Below, one piece after another: positions 53,767 through 63,341 of a DNA stretch of 64,000 nucleotides. The stretch spans positions 13,849-77,848 of the forward strand of contig JBBDMZ010000020.1 in the NCBI GenBank assembly GCA_040877955.1, written 5' to 3'. The DNA is from Dehalococcoidia bacterium (lineage in GTDB: Bacteria > Chloroflexota > Dehalococcoidia > Tepidiformales > Tepidiformaceae). The number at the start of each line of letters is the position of its first letter. Within the stretch, counting starts at the first letter, position 1. The notes below the pieces were generated by a model that saw only the letters and a list, made by a program, of their open reading frames with translations, did not search any database and was not told where the DNA came from. The translations under genes were made by a program, and so were the position numbers.

Positions 53767-54249
53767 TCAGTCGAACACGACATCCTTCGAGACCCAAACC
53801 CACGGCCACTCGGCGGCATCCTCGACCAGTCCGGCAACAACCGGGTTCCGAACCACGTACTTGATGACCGCCTCTATCTGCCGTGAGCTGTACTGCCGCA
53901 CATCGTAAAAGCTCGGCTGCCACAGCACCCCGTGCCCGCCCGCGTCGCGCCACCAGACGGTCGTCGAATACGACTTGAAGCCGTCCGCCCACTCGACGAC
54001 TGTCTTCGTTCCCCGCCGTGCCACGAGGTGGAGATGGGTCGGCATGAGGCACGCCGTCACGGGCACGATGGAGCCCCGTGACTCTTCGTTCCGAACGAGC
54101 TGCCAGATGGCGTCGGCCGCCCTCGGGGCCTTGAAGGGAGCAGTCTCATGGGTGGCGTGCATGGTGATGTGGAAGACGGCGTCCGGGTTTGCGTAGGCTT
54201 CGACGGGGAGGCGGATCTTCTTCCGGAAGCGGATGTTGCGGTCGGCCAT
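53767..54249 (-). CDS. REP-associated tyrosine transposase (RAYT), second family
   Basis: MADRNIRFRKKIRL start at 54249; HUH motif PTHLHLV; Y-motif IKYVVRNPVVAGLV; flanked by inverted family B REPs. Confidence 0.8.
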   Translation of the reverse strand: MADRNIRFRKKIRLPVEAYANPDAVFHITMHATHETAPFKAPRAADAIWQLVRNEESRGSIVPVTACLMPTHLHLVARRGTKTVVEWADGFKSYSTTVWWRDAGGHGVLWQPSFYDVRQYSSRQIEAVIKYVVRNPVVAGLVEDAAEWPWVWVSKDVVFD

Positions 54250-54296
54250 GTGGGCGGGAGTATAGCGCCGGTAGCAGGCGTCGCGGTGCATTAGCG

Positions 54297-54333
54297 GGGC
54301 AGCCCGCGCCCACGGTGGGGCGCAGCTACCCCG
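54297..54333 (-). repeat. REP family B, inverted copy
   Basis: ggggcagcccgcgcccacggtggggcgcagctaccccg. Confidence 0.75.
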
Positions 54334-54360
54334 ATGTCCCGCACGCGGACGACTATTACG

Positions 54361-54393
54361 GCTACCCGCGCCCACGGTGCGGCGCAGCTACGC
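54361..54393 (-). repeat. REP family B, inverted copy
   Basis: gctacccgcgcccacggtgcggcgcagctacgc. Confidence 0.75.
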
Positions 54394-54437
54394 GAGAGGG
54401 CGACCGGCCGAGTGGGCGATGGTCGCGAAGATGGATA

Positions 54438-54582
54438 GTAGGGGCTGGCTGCGCCAGCCCTCCCTCCTAGCAGCCACGGCGCCCCAAACTCGCTCCATAC
54501 CCCGGGATCGGCGCAGCCGACCCCTACTTTCGGTCGGAACGCCGTATTCCTCGATCGTAGGGGCTGTCTGCGCCAGCCCTAC
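54438..54582. repeat. cluster of three family C palindromic elements
   Basis: gtaggggctggctgcgccagccct (54438), ggatcggcgcagccgacccctac (54505), gtaggggctgtctgcgccagccctac (54557). Confidence 0.65.
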
Positions 54583-54681
54583 GCGCGACGACTCCTCCCT
54601 CGCCCCTCCCAGGGGGCTTTCCCGATAGGCCGATCGGGAGCAACGTTCGATCCTGAAACGCAACCAAAGGGTCGGAAGGCC

Positions 54682-56574
54682 ATGGTCGAACTCGCCACCA
54701 CCAACCTCATCCGCGAACTGCTCGACGGCGTCTCCGACCAGGTGTACGCCATCGACGCGTACACGGGCCGCGTCCTCGACTGCAACGACGGCACCTGCCA
54801 CGCCCTCGGCTACACCCGCGAGGAGATGCTCCAGCTCAGCGTCCCCGACTTCGACCGCTCCATCGACCTTGAGAGCTACGTGAGCCTGATCGAACGCATT
54901 GTGAGAGCGGACCGCGAGGTCACGCTCCAGTCCACACACACGCGCAAGGACGGCACCTCGTTCCCCGTCGAGATCACGTGCCGCGTGAAAGATGTCGACG
55001 GGCGCCAGACGAGCCTGTGCGTGGTGCGCGACATCACGGCGCGCCTGCGGCTGGAGGAGGAGCTGCGCGAGCAAACCCGCCAGTACGAGAGCATTGTGCG
55101 CGGGCTGCCCGGCACGATTTCGCGCTATCGCCTCGGTAACCCCTCGATCGTGCTGTTCGTGGACGAGGCGGTGAAGGAGATGACCGGCTACTCCGCGGGG
55201 GAGTTTGTCGCGGGAGAGATCAGTCTCCGTCAGCTCATCCACCCGGAAGACCTCGAGCGCGTGGGTGCCGCCCTCCGCCGGGCGGTGCGGACCGGAGAGG
55301 CGACGGAGGTCACCTATTCGATCACCTGCAGGGACGGCAGCCGCAAGACCCTCCGGGACGTCGTGCGGGGCTTCCCGCCCGACGAGACGGGCATGCCCCT
55401 CATTGAGGCGATCTCGTTCGACATCACCGAGAGTGCGGACCGCGAGCGTGCGCTGAAGGAAGCCTGGTTCTCCGAGCACGAGCGGTTCGAGCACGTCGCC
55501 GAAGCCGCGGGCCTGGTGATCTACGACCGCAACATGCGCACGAACGAAATCAACTGGTCCGGTCCCTACTCGGAGGTCATGGGGTACGGCCCCGAGGAGA
55601 TCGGCGGCCAGGCGGAATGGGAGACGCGCGTGCCGGTGGACGACGCGCGCCGCGTGTTCGCCGCGACCACCGACGCCTACCGCGAGGGCCGCATCGTGGA
55701 CGTCGAATACCGGTTCCGGCGCAAGGACGGCGCGGAGCGCTGGATGTGGTTGCGCGGCATCCCGCTGATGGACGAACGCGGCCGGCTGGTGCGCTCCATC
55801 GGCATGGTCCAGGACGTGACCAAGCGCAAGCAGCTCGAAGCCCAGGTGAGCAGCGCCCAGCGCATGGACACCGTCGGCGCACTCGCCGGGGGCATTTCCC
55901 ACGACGTGAACAACTACCTGACCACAATCATCGGCAACCTGGACCTCGCGATCATGCGGCTCAGCGAGAACGAGTGGCCCGAGCTGCGCGATGCCCGCAC
56001 CGCCGCCGCCGGCTGCGCGGAGCTGGTCGGCAGCCTGCTCACCTTCGCCCGCCAGCAAGAGGGCCAGCGCGTCCGCCTGTCGCCCGAGACCGTGATCACG
56101 GACGCCTCACGCATCCTTGGACGGCTCGCCGGCCCGAAGGTGAGCGTCGACGTGTCGGTCGCGCCCGGCTGCCCGGACTTCGACGGCGACCGTGTGCAGA
56201 TCCAGCAGGTGCTCATGAACCTCGCCGTGAACGCGAGGGATGCGATGAACGGCGAGGGCAGCATCACCATCGGCGCGGAGGGCTGCGAGCGGAGCTGGGA
56301 CGCTTCCGGGCGGCGCGACCGGTTCGTCCGGATCTGGGTGCGCGACACGGGCCCCGGCGTCGCCCCCGAGGTCCGGGACCGTATCTTCGAGCCGTACTTC
56401 ACCACCAGGCCGTTCGGTGAGGGGACGGGCCTGGGCCTCGCGATCGTGCACGGCATCGCCCGCGCGCACGGCGGCTGGGCTGAGGTCGCCGGCGACAGCA
56501 ACGGCGCCGAGTTCTCGATTTTCGTCCCCGCGGCGGATCCAGCCCGTTCGTCCGCTGCTACGATCTCACCATGA
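54682..56574 (+). CDS. multi-PAS sensor histidine kinase
   Basis: three to four PAS/PAC units, H-box [13 protein letters not shown] boxes [24 protein letters not shown]. Confidence 0.9.
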   Translation: MVELATTNLIRELLDGVSDQVYAIDAYTGRVLDCNDGTCHALGYTREEMLQLSVPDFDRSIDLESYVSLIERIVRADREVTLQSTHTRKDGTSFPVEITCRVKDVDGRQTSLCVVRDITARLRLEEELREQTRQYESIVRGLPGTISRYRLGNPSIVLFVDEAVKEMTGYSAGEFVAGEISLRQLIHPEDLERVGAALRRAVRTGEATEVTYSITCRDGSRKTLRDVVRGFPPDETGMPLIEAISFDITESADRERALKEAWFSEHERFEHVAEAAGLVIYDRNMRTNEINWSGPYSEVMGYGPEEIGGQAEWETRVPVDDARRVFAATTDAYREGRIVDVEYRFRRKDGAERWMWLRGIPLMDERGRLVRSIGMVQDVTKRKQLEAQVSSAQRMDTVGALAGGISHDVNNYLTTIIGNLDLAIMRLSENEWPELRDARTAAAGCAELVGSLLTFARQQEGQRVRLSPETVITDASRILGRLAGPKVSVDVSVAPGCPDFDGDRVQIQQVLMNLAVNARDAMNGEGSITIGAEGCERSWDASGRRDRFVRIWVRDTGPGVAPEVRDRIFEPYFTTRPFGEGTGLGLAIVHGIARAHGGWAEVAGDSNGAEFSIFVPAADPARSSAATISP

Positions 56575-57431
56575 CCACCCCCGCGCGCGAGTACCACGAA
56601 GAGAACCGCCTGGCCTGGAATGAGGCCACGAAGGCCCACAATAGCCACAAGGGCGACCAGGCCCGCTTCCTGCGCGAAGGCGGAGGCACGGTCTTCCCGG
56701 AGGAGGTCGAGCTGCTCGGGGATATCCGCGGCAAGCGCCTCCTTCACCTGCAGTGCAACGCCGGCCAGGACACGCTCTCCCTCGCGAAGCTGGACGCGAT
56801 CTGCACGGGCGTCGACATCAGCGACGAAGCGGTCGCCTTCGCCACGCAGCTCTCACAGGACAGTGGCATCCCCGCCACCTTCGTGCGCAGCGATGTCTAC
56901 GACTACCTGGAGCAGGCGGCCGCGCAGGGCGAACGGTTCGACCGCGTGTTCTCGTCCTACGGCGCAATCTGCTGGCTGTCCGATCTCAAAGCATGGGGCA
57001 GGGGCATCGCCTCGCTGCTCGCGCCAGGCGGCAAGTTTGTCCTCGTCGAGTTCCACCCACTGCCAAACATGTTTGACGAGAACATGAAGCTGGAGTGGCC
57101 CTACTTCGGGGACGGGGAGGTCATCACCACCGATGAGGGCATCGGCGATTACGTGGCCTACTCTGGCGACGGCCTCGTGCCCTGGGGCTACGAGGAGGGC
57201 GTGCAGGACTTCAAGAACCCTTACCGCGGCCACGAATTCGCCTGGGGTCTCGCCGATGTCGTGATGGCACTCGTTGGCGCAGGCCTCCGCCTGGAGAGCC
57301 TCGTCGAGTACCCTTACGCAAACGGCTGCAAGCGGTTCGAAGGCGCGGTCGAGCGCGAGGGCCGCCGTTTCTATCAGCCCGAGGGCTACCCCGAGATGCC
57401 GGGCATGTACTCGGTCGTGGCGCAGCGGTAG
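56571..57431 (+). CDS. class I SAM-dependent methyltransferase
   Basis: [13 protein letters not shown] motif I region, [14 protein letters not shown]; start overlaps the kinase stop (ATGA). Confidence 0.8.
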   Translation: MTTPAREYHEENRLAWNEATKAHNSHKGDQARFLREGGGTVFPEEVELLGDIRGKRLLHLQCNAGQDTLSLAKLDAICTGVDISDEAVAFATQLSQDSGIPATFVRSDVYDYLEQAAAQGERFDRVFSSYGAICWLSDLKAWGRGIASLLAPGGKFVLVEFHPLPNMFDENMKLEWPYFGDGEVITTDEGIGDYVAYSGDGLVPWGYEEGVQDFKNPYRGHEFAWGLADVVMALVGAGLRLESLVEYPYANGCKRFEGAVEREGRRFYQPEGYPEMPGMYSVVAQR

Positions 57432-57453
57432 CCGTCGACCTCCGTGTCGACGG
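57432..57453. other. hairpin CCGTCGAC-N6-GTCGACGG, followed by the perfect palindrome GACATTAATGTC (57458-57469)
   Basis: read directly; a near-identical hairpin lies at 59278-59300. Confidence 0.6.
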
Positions 57454-57554
57454 GCCTGACATTAATGTCACCCGCGCAGCATGTAACCCACCGTCCCCTG
57501 CCCACGTCTCGTACGGCGGTCGAAACTAAACCCAGCACCTCCCCGGAGAGCACC

Positions 57555-59195
57555 ATGCCGGACGCCGACGGCTGGGAGAGCGGCCTTTCACCCAGCGAGC
57601 AGCTCATCCTCGACTTCGTCCGGCAGGGCATGCGGGACGCCGAGATCGCCGTGCGCCTCGGCGTTTCCGTGGGTGACGGCAAAGAGCGAGTCGCCGCCCT
57701 CATCCGCAAGACCGGCGTCCCCGGACGCGATGGGCTCGCCGCCTGGGACGGGCGTGCCGACTCCACGGATGACCCCGCTCGCTGGTCACGCCCCCCGAGC
57801 CTGATCCCGCCAGCCGGGCAACCCGAAACTATCGACGAAGTGTCGCTCGAACCTCGCCTCGTCCTCCTTGACGACGAGCGCAACGTCGGCGACGCCTGGC
57901 CGTGGGGTCCGCGCCTCCCCGGCCTGCTCTTCACCGCCTCTGTCGCCATCGCGGGCATCGCGCTGCTGGTGGTCTCCACGAACGGGCCACGGCCGGTGCA
58001 AGACGCCGCTCCCGACAGTCGCCTCATCGAGATCGGCGGCTCTATTCTCGTCCCATTCGGCGAGTCCCCCGAACCTTTGTCTGATGAGAATAGGGATCTG
58101 CTGCTGACCGCGATCGCGCGTCGCGTCTCCACGGCGACTCCGACTCTCCCGCGACGAGATGGAGTCGCACTCCAGGTACCTCGCCAGGGAAGCCACCTCG
58201 ACCTGCCCCGCGAGGCGGGGCTGCTGATGTCTGCCACCTGCGCGGCCTGCCCCGAGCAAGTCACGCTCTTTCGCATCTTCCGCACGGGCGAACACGACAC
58301 GGTGCTCGAGTCCCTTCCACCGCTGCCACCGAGCGATGGAGGCACGGGGCCGTCGCTTTGGATTTCTCCGGACGGCGCCGAGGCAGTGGCACTCGGGTAT
58401 GAGAGTGGCACGCAAGGGGTGGTCACGAGAGCCTATCGATCCCGAGATGGCTTGATGACCTGGCACGAGACCGGCGACGCCTCGGGAATCGGCTTCTCCG
58501 TCGTTGCTGTTGGTCCCGACCACGTTCTAATCGAGGACACTGGGGGACGGGCACTCCTCCTGCCTGAGGGCCGACCGTTTGAGCCCGAGGACACTGGGCT
58601 GGTTCCCTGGAGGGTCGATCCGACTGGGCGAATCCAGCGGACCCCTCCGCCCGAGTTCAAAGGCAGCCCCGGTGTGGCCACCAGCGACGGCGAGCGTGTG
58701 CTGGTCTCCCCACGTCAGGACGAGATTGGGGATATTGAGGCCCTACTTTTGGTGCAAGGCACAGACGTGGAGCGCGGGTATGACAACACAGTGTCCTGGC
58801 CCGTCGCGTCGGTCGGGGATGCATTCGTCGCGCATGCCGCGTTCGGACCGAACGGCCTGGCGAGCGCGCCGTTCGCCGATGAGTCTTCACGACGGCCCGT
58901 GCTCTTCGAGCCGCGGCTCGGCACGTTTCATCCGATCGCGGTTCCTGGTTTCAACGTAATCGATGAATACGATTGGTGGGTCATGGCCGTACAGCGCGGC
59001 CCGTTCCTTCGCGTGATCGGCACTGGCGAAACCTGCGCGTCCATACGCGCAGGCGGGATGCCGGACGACCCAGAGGTCGCCTGCGCTGCGGCAGGAGTCT
59101 TGCTAACGGACGTTGGTGAGCATTCAGGCGATTGGCGCAAAGTGCAGACCCCCTCAGGTGCTTGGGGCTGGATCCTCGCTTCCGCCGTCGAGTAG
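57555..59195 (+). CDS. membrane-tethered LuxR-type HTH / TM / Asp-box ectodomain / SH3b-like tail protein, paralogue 1
   Basis: GGAGAG SD before ATG 57555; HTH MRDAEIAVRLGVSVGDGKERVAALIRKTGV; TM LLFTASVAIAGIALLVV; Asp-box SRDGLMTW; tail GDWRKVQTPSGAWGWI. Confidence 0.75.
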   Translation: MPDADGWESGLSPSEQLILDFVRQGMRDAEIAVRLGVSVGDGKERVAALIRKTGVPGRDGLAAWDGRADSTDDPARWSRPPSLIPPAGQPETIDEVSLEPRLVLLDDERNVGDAWPWGPRLPGLLFTASVAIAGIALLVVSTNGPRPVQDAAPDSRLIEIGGSILVPFGESPEPLSDENRDLLLTAIARRVSTATPTLPRRDGVALQVPRQGSHLDLPREAGLLMSATCAACPEQVTLFRIFRTGEHDTVLESLPPLPPSDGGTGPSLWISPDGAEAVALGYESGTQGVVTRAYRSRDGLMTWHETGDASGIGFSVVAVGPDHVLIEDTGGRALLLPEGRPFEPEDTGLVPWRVDPTGRIQRTPPPEFKGSPGVATSDGERVLVSPRQDEIGDIEALLLVQGTDVERGYDNTVSWPVASVGDAFVAHAAFGPNGLASAPFADESSRRPVLFEPRLGTFHPIAVPGFNVIDEYDWWVMAVQRGPFLRVIGTGETCASIRAGGMPDDPEVACAAAGVLLTDVGEHSGDWRKVQTPSGAWGWILASAVE

Positions 59196-59208
59196 CGGCC
59201 GCGGGATG

Positions 59209-59230
59209 GTAGGGGTCGGCTGAGCCACCC
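59209..59230. repeat. family C palindromic element
   Basis: gtaggggtcggctgagccaccc. Confidence 0.55.
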
Positions 59231-59277
59231 CCCTGCGCGGAAAACTGGAGTGGCCGCCTCCCACGTCGATTAGCACG

Positions 59278-59300
59278 CCCGTCGACACAGAGGTCGACGG
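59278..59300. other. hairpin CCCGTCGAC-N6-GTCGACGG upstream of paralogue 2
   Basis: read directly; same 8-bp arms as 57432-57453. Confidence 0.6.
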
Positions 59301-59360
59301 CTACCGCTTCGCGACCGCCGACGCCGATGGCGCGGAGTATGCTGGCCGCAAGGAACGCGC

Positions 59361-60818
59361 GTGATGGATGGCGAGAACGACCCGTCTCCAGCTCCTGTCG
59401 ACCCCGTCGAACGGTGGGTCGCGGATGGGTTGCGGGACGTCGAGATCGCGGTGCGCCTCGGGGTGAGCGTGGGCGAGGCCCGGGAGCGCCGCTCCCGTGT
59501 GCACGGCGAGCCCCTCCGTTCGGAGCTCGCGCTGCCCCCACCGCTGCCACTCACACCCTCGCCGCCGGCACTCGGCATCGAGGAAGAGGATCCCCCCGCG
59601 CGAAACTGGCTCACGCTGATCCCGGCGTTGGTGGTGGCGGCGCTCGCCATCGCCGGAGGCTGGTGGCTCCTCTCCGCCGGCTCCGAGCCAGCGCCCATCC
59701 GTTCGGTCGAACCGTTCGTGCCGGCGCCAATTCCGGGCAACGAGAAGGCAACCGCGCTCCAGCGCGGGCCGAGCATCCCATTTCCGAATGACCTCTCACT
59801 CGTCCTCCGGGTGAGCGATGGTTCGGGCGGCGCGCGTGCCCTGGAACGCGTCTACCGCGATGCCGGTGGGGTGTTGCGCCGGGAGGAGCTGCTCACCGCG
59901 CCGGAAGGCACCTCCATCGGCCGCGTCGTGTCGGATGTCGATGGCTGGCTGCTGGTGGCCGCCATCAACGACCCAGAGGCAACCTCCTTCCTGCAGTCGC
60001 TTGACGGGGGTGTGAGCTGGGAGAGCCAGGGATCGCTCGCAGGCGCCTGGGAGCCGGTCGGTGTCTGGGAAGGCGAAACGATCGCGTGGCGTGAGCGTGG
60101 CGGCGGGCTCGGGGAGTTCGTCATCGTGCCGTCGGGCGAGCCGTTCGTGCCGCCGTACCCCGATGGTTCCCTCCCGCTCGCGATTCTCTCCAGGGGCAAG
60201 CTCCTCTGGCGGGTGCCTGGCTCCGGCGTCATCGCCGAGGGTGACCGCGCGCCCTATTCCTCCCCGAACATCGACCAGGGCTCCTACCACGAGTGGCTCG
60301 CACCACAGCCGACGGGCACGGGCACGATGATTCACTGGCGCGGCGCGTCCCCGGTGACTGGCGAGGACGAGGACTACGTTGGCATCATGACCCGCCGCGG
60401 GCGGATAACGCAGTCATGGGTGGGGATTCCGGGGCCTGTCGCCGGCCGCCGCGATGGTGCAACGCTCGTGTCGCTGGCGGCCACGCCCGACGCCAATGGC
60501 GACCTCATGGCCGTGCTCGTGGAGTTGCAGGCCAACCAGTGGCGACCGATCGTCGCCGACGCCGACCTCCTCGTCTCGAACGACCAGCGCTTCATCGCCA
60601 GCGTGCGCCAGGGCCCGTTCGTACGCGTCCGTGCTGGGGACGAATGCACGCCGATTCGCGCCCTCTCCGAAATCGACGCCGATGTCATCGCCTGCGCCGC
60701 CGGCAACGTGATCCTCCGCGCCCCTGGCGAGACCCGCATCCACGTCGACTACACATGGATGCAGGTGATCGCGCCCGGCGGCCGCTCCGGGTGGATCAAA
60801 GTCGACGACCTGGAGTGA
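59361..60818 (+). CDS. membrane-tethered LuxR-type HTH / TM / Asp-box ectodomain / SH3b-like tail protein, paralogue 2
   Basis: HTH LRDVEIAVRLGVSVGEARER; TM LIPALVVAALAIAGGWWLL; Asp-box SLDGGVSW; tail WMQVIAPGGRSGWIKVDDL. Confidence 0.75.
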   Translation: MMDGENDPSPAPVDPVERWVADGLRDVEIAVRLGVSVGEARERRSRVHGEPLRSELALPPPLPLTPSPPALGIEEEDPPARNWLTLIPALVVAALAIAGGWWLLSAGSEPAPIRSVEPFVPAPIPGNEKATALQRGPSIPFPNDLSLVLRVSDGSGGARALERVYRDAGGVLRREELLTAPEGTSIGRVVSDVDGWLLVAAINDPEATSFLQSLDGGVSWESQGSLAGAWEPVGVWEGETIAWRERGGGLGEFVIVPSGEPFVPPYPDGSLPLAILSRGKLLWRVPGSGVIAEGDRAPYSSPNIDQGSYHEWLAPQPTGTGTMIHWRGASPVTGEDEDYVGIMTRRGRITQSWVGIPGPVAGRRDGATLVSLAATPDANGDLMAVLVELQANQWRPIVADADLLVSNDQRFIASVRQGPFVRVRAGDECTPIRALSEIDADVIACAAGNVILRAPGETRIHVDYTWMQVIAPGGRSGWIKVDDLE

Positions 60819-60853
60819 CGTGGCGAATCCCTATAGTGCTCCCGGGAGTGGTC

Positions 60854-62362
60854 ATGCCAGACGACGAACGAGCAGCGGGTGAGCGACGCACCACCGCCGA
60901 CGAGATGCTTCTCGGCTACCTCGATGACGGCCTGCGCCCGGCGGAGATTGCCGTGCGGCTCGGCATACCTGTGGGGGACGTGCATGCTCGCATCGCCCGG
61001 CTCGCGGGATCGGCAGCGGCGCTCCAGCCCGATGCGGCTGCCCCATCGCCCGTGAGTACGGCCCCGCCGGACGCGCCCGTCGAGGAGCATCACACCGATT
61101 CGCGCGTCCCACTTGCCTTGCTCGGCGTGGTGGCGGCAGCGTTTGTCGTCGCCATCGCCATCTTCCTTGTGCGCGAGAGCCAGCAGGCGGGTGAGCGCGC
61201 CGGCGCCATCGACCGCAACGGCGGCTCCGTCCCGCCCGCGATCGCCCAGCCGACGCCCACTGCCATGCCCACTCCTGCCAGCATCGACGGCGTCCAACTC
61301 GAGCGGATGACATTAGGCCCGCCGGTCGACCTGCCGCGCGGGGTGGCCCTGATGGTCTGGGGGTTCTGCGACCAGTGCCAGCAAGTGACCACGTACGTGC
61401 AGGGACCCCGTGGCCTCGAGTCGTATCCCGTCGAGTTCCACCTCCCGGGCGACGCCCAGGTCTTCCTCGCCGCTGCAACCCCGGATGGAGCGACGGTGAT
61501 CGTCAACGCCTACTGGGACAGCGGACCCAGCGAGAGTGGCTCCGCAGTCTTCCGTTCCGACGATGCTGGGGCGTCATGGGTGGAAGCGTGGCGTGGGCCG
61601 TTGGGCTGGGGCGTGGTGCGCGTTGGCGCTCAGCACGTCGCGCTCCATAACCCGGAGACGAACCGATTCCGCATCGTCCCCGGAGACGTTGAGGTAGAGG
61701 AATTCGATCCCCTGCTTGATGAGCTGACGCCGCTGCGCGTGTACCGCAGCATCGAGCGAGAAGGCGACGTGGACCCAGAGTTCCCGGTACCCCGCGCCCG
61801 GAGCCGGGACGGAGAGACGTACGTCACGAATGTCCGGCGCGAGATCATCACGTTGCCGCCCGGGGAGTTTGAGCCGGAGCCCGCGCTGGGCATCTTGGAT
61901 TCGGCTGACAAGCTCCAACGCGGCTGGTCTGGCTGGGCCGTGCTGCCCGTCGGCGTGATCCTCGACGATCACGTGCTGCTGAGCGCGGTCCTGTCGGAAG
62001 CGGGGACCTTCCGCCACAACTCCGATGACCCGACCTACCTCCGCGCCAGCATCTTCGACCTGGCCTCAGGCACGGTGCATCCGATCGCGCTGCCGGACGT
62101 GCAACCGAACACGAACATGTTCGTCCTGTCCGTGCGCGAGGGGCCGTTTCTGAGAGTGCCGAGGGGGGTGGCCGGCTGCCTCCCCGTGGCAGCGAGCATC
62201 GGCGGCGCGGGCGAGCCCGTTGCCTGCGCCGCGCCCAATACTCTGCTCCGGGACACCGGCCGCCGCGGCACGGCGGCCGCCACGGACTGGGCGGAGGTGG
62301 AGGTGCCGGGAGGCCCGCGGGGCTGGGTCCCGTTGGGGGACGTAGTGGTGCTGCCGCGATAG
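60854..62362 (+). CDS. membrane-tethered LuxR-type HTH / TM / Asp-box ectodomain / SH3b-like tail protein, paralogue 3
   Basis: ATG 60854; HTH LRPAEIAVRLGIPVGDVHARIARL; TM LALLGVVAAAFVVAIAIFLV; Asp-box SDDAGASW; tail DWAEVEVPGGPRGWVPLGDV. Confidence 0.75.
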   Translation: MPDDERAAGERRTTADEMLLGYLDDGLRPAEIAVRLGIPVGDVHARIARLAGSAAALQPDAAAPSPVSTAPPDAPVEEHHTDSRVPLALLGVVAAAFVVAIAIFLVRESQQAGERAGAIDRNGGSVPPAIAQPTPTAMPTPASIDGVQLERMTLGPPVDLPRGVALMVWGFCDQCQQVTTYVQGPRGLESYPVEFHLPGDAQVFLAAATPDGATVIVNAYWDSGPSESGSAVFRSDDAGASWVEAWRGPLGWGVVRVGAQHVALHNPETNRFRIVPGDVEVEEFDPLLDELTPLRVYRSIEREGDVDPEFPVPRARSRDGETYVTNVRREIITLPPGEFEPEPALGILDSADKLQRGWSGWAVLPVGVILDDHVLLSAVLSEAGTFRHNSDDPTYLRASIFDLASGTVHPIALPDVQPNTNMFVLSVREGPFLRVPRGVAGCLPVAASIGGAGEPVACAAPNTLLRDTGRRGTAAATDWAEVEVPGGPRGWVPLGDVVVLPR

Positions 62363-62643
62363 AGCAGTCCGAGTGCGCGCGTCAGCAACTGTGCCCTGTC
62401 GCGACTCACAACTGCCGTTAAGCGGACACTAAAACTAGCCGCGCCAGTTCGTTGTATCGATTCGAAGTTAGTTCAGAGGTTAGGGCCCTGTTATGAGATT
62501 GTTATGAGTCGTGGCGACTGTGTATATGCGCCGCAATCTACCCTGAGTAGAGTCCGAAAGCGACGGCAGGTCCTAATCACCGTGAGGCTCCCGACGCCAT
62601 CCGCCACGGTGAATCCCACCAACCGGGCCCGCCCGCTTCATTC

Positions 62644-62683
62644 GGACGGCGCCCGCGATTCCCCCCCACCGCGGGCGCCGTTC
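62644..62683. other. strong GC hairpin in a 400-nt non-coding, partly low-GC region
   Basis: ggacggcgcccgcg-attcccccccac-cgcgggcgccgttc, 12 perfect bp plus flanking pairs. Confidence 0.55.
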
Positions 62684-62763
62684 CGTGTCCGGCGTGAAAC
62701 GAGCGGCTGAACCAGCGCGACCGTCAGGAAGCGGGCGATGTAGCTCCAGAACTAATCGCCCCT

Positions 62764-63252
62764 TCAGTCCAGGTCGGGCCCCTGACCGTGGATCACGTAG
62801 CGGCAGGCCTCGTCAACGGATCGCTGATCGTTGAGCCAGCGCTTGCTGCCCCCCTCGCACCACACGGCAGCATCCGCAACGGTGAGCCCCGCCTCCCTCA
62901 AGCGGAAGGTGGCCCGGGCCTTCACTGTGGAAACAACTCGATCTGGCGCGACGGTCGGTGCGACGACGACCAGGTGGACGTGGTTCGTTCGGACGTTGAG
63001 CGCAAGCACGGACCAACTCTTGAAAGCACACGCCTCTCGAATGGCGGTCTCCACGACATCTCTCATCGCGGCGTTCAGCGTCACTGGCGCGTGCCTGAGG
63101 GAATCGCGGTTAAACCTCTGCCGTTGAGAGTTGGGAGAAAGGGCGTAGTTGAGACGCTTGGACCGCTTCAGAGTGGAGCCACGTTGGTCGCCGTGGAGCC
63201 AGGTTCCGTAGCACGTGAACGTGATGAAGTAGGCCGGAAGGTCCAGGTACAT
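62764..63252 (-). CDS. IS200-like Y1 (HUH) transposase-like protein, third type in the window
   Basis: AYFITFTCYGTWLHGD N-terminus, HUH motif TNHVHLVV, C-terminal Tyr in EACRYVIHGQG. Confidence 0.7.
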   Translation of the reverse strand: MYLDLPAYFITFTCYGTWLHGDQRGSTLKRSKRLNYALSPNSQRQRFNRDSLRHAPVTLNAAMRDVVETAIREACAFKSWSVLALNVRTNHVHLVVVAPTVAPDRVVSTVKARATFRLREAGLTVADAAVWCEGGSKRWLNDQRSVDEACRYVIHGQGPDLD

Positions 63253-63341
63253 GCCGCCGCAAGTTTAGCGGCACGAACGGTGCGGGGCAGGCTCGACAGG
63301 CGATAGGGACACCATTGCACGCTCCCTGACGGTCGCGCTTG

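Noticed and set aside
62590-62640. GGTGAATCCCACC...GCCCGCC looked faintly like a cobalamin riboswitch core
   Set aside because: There is no B12 box (GCCACTG) in the right context and no downstream same-strand gene. The resemblance is limited to a few bases.
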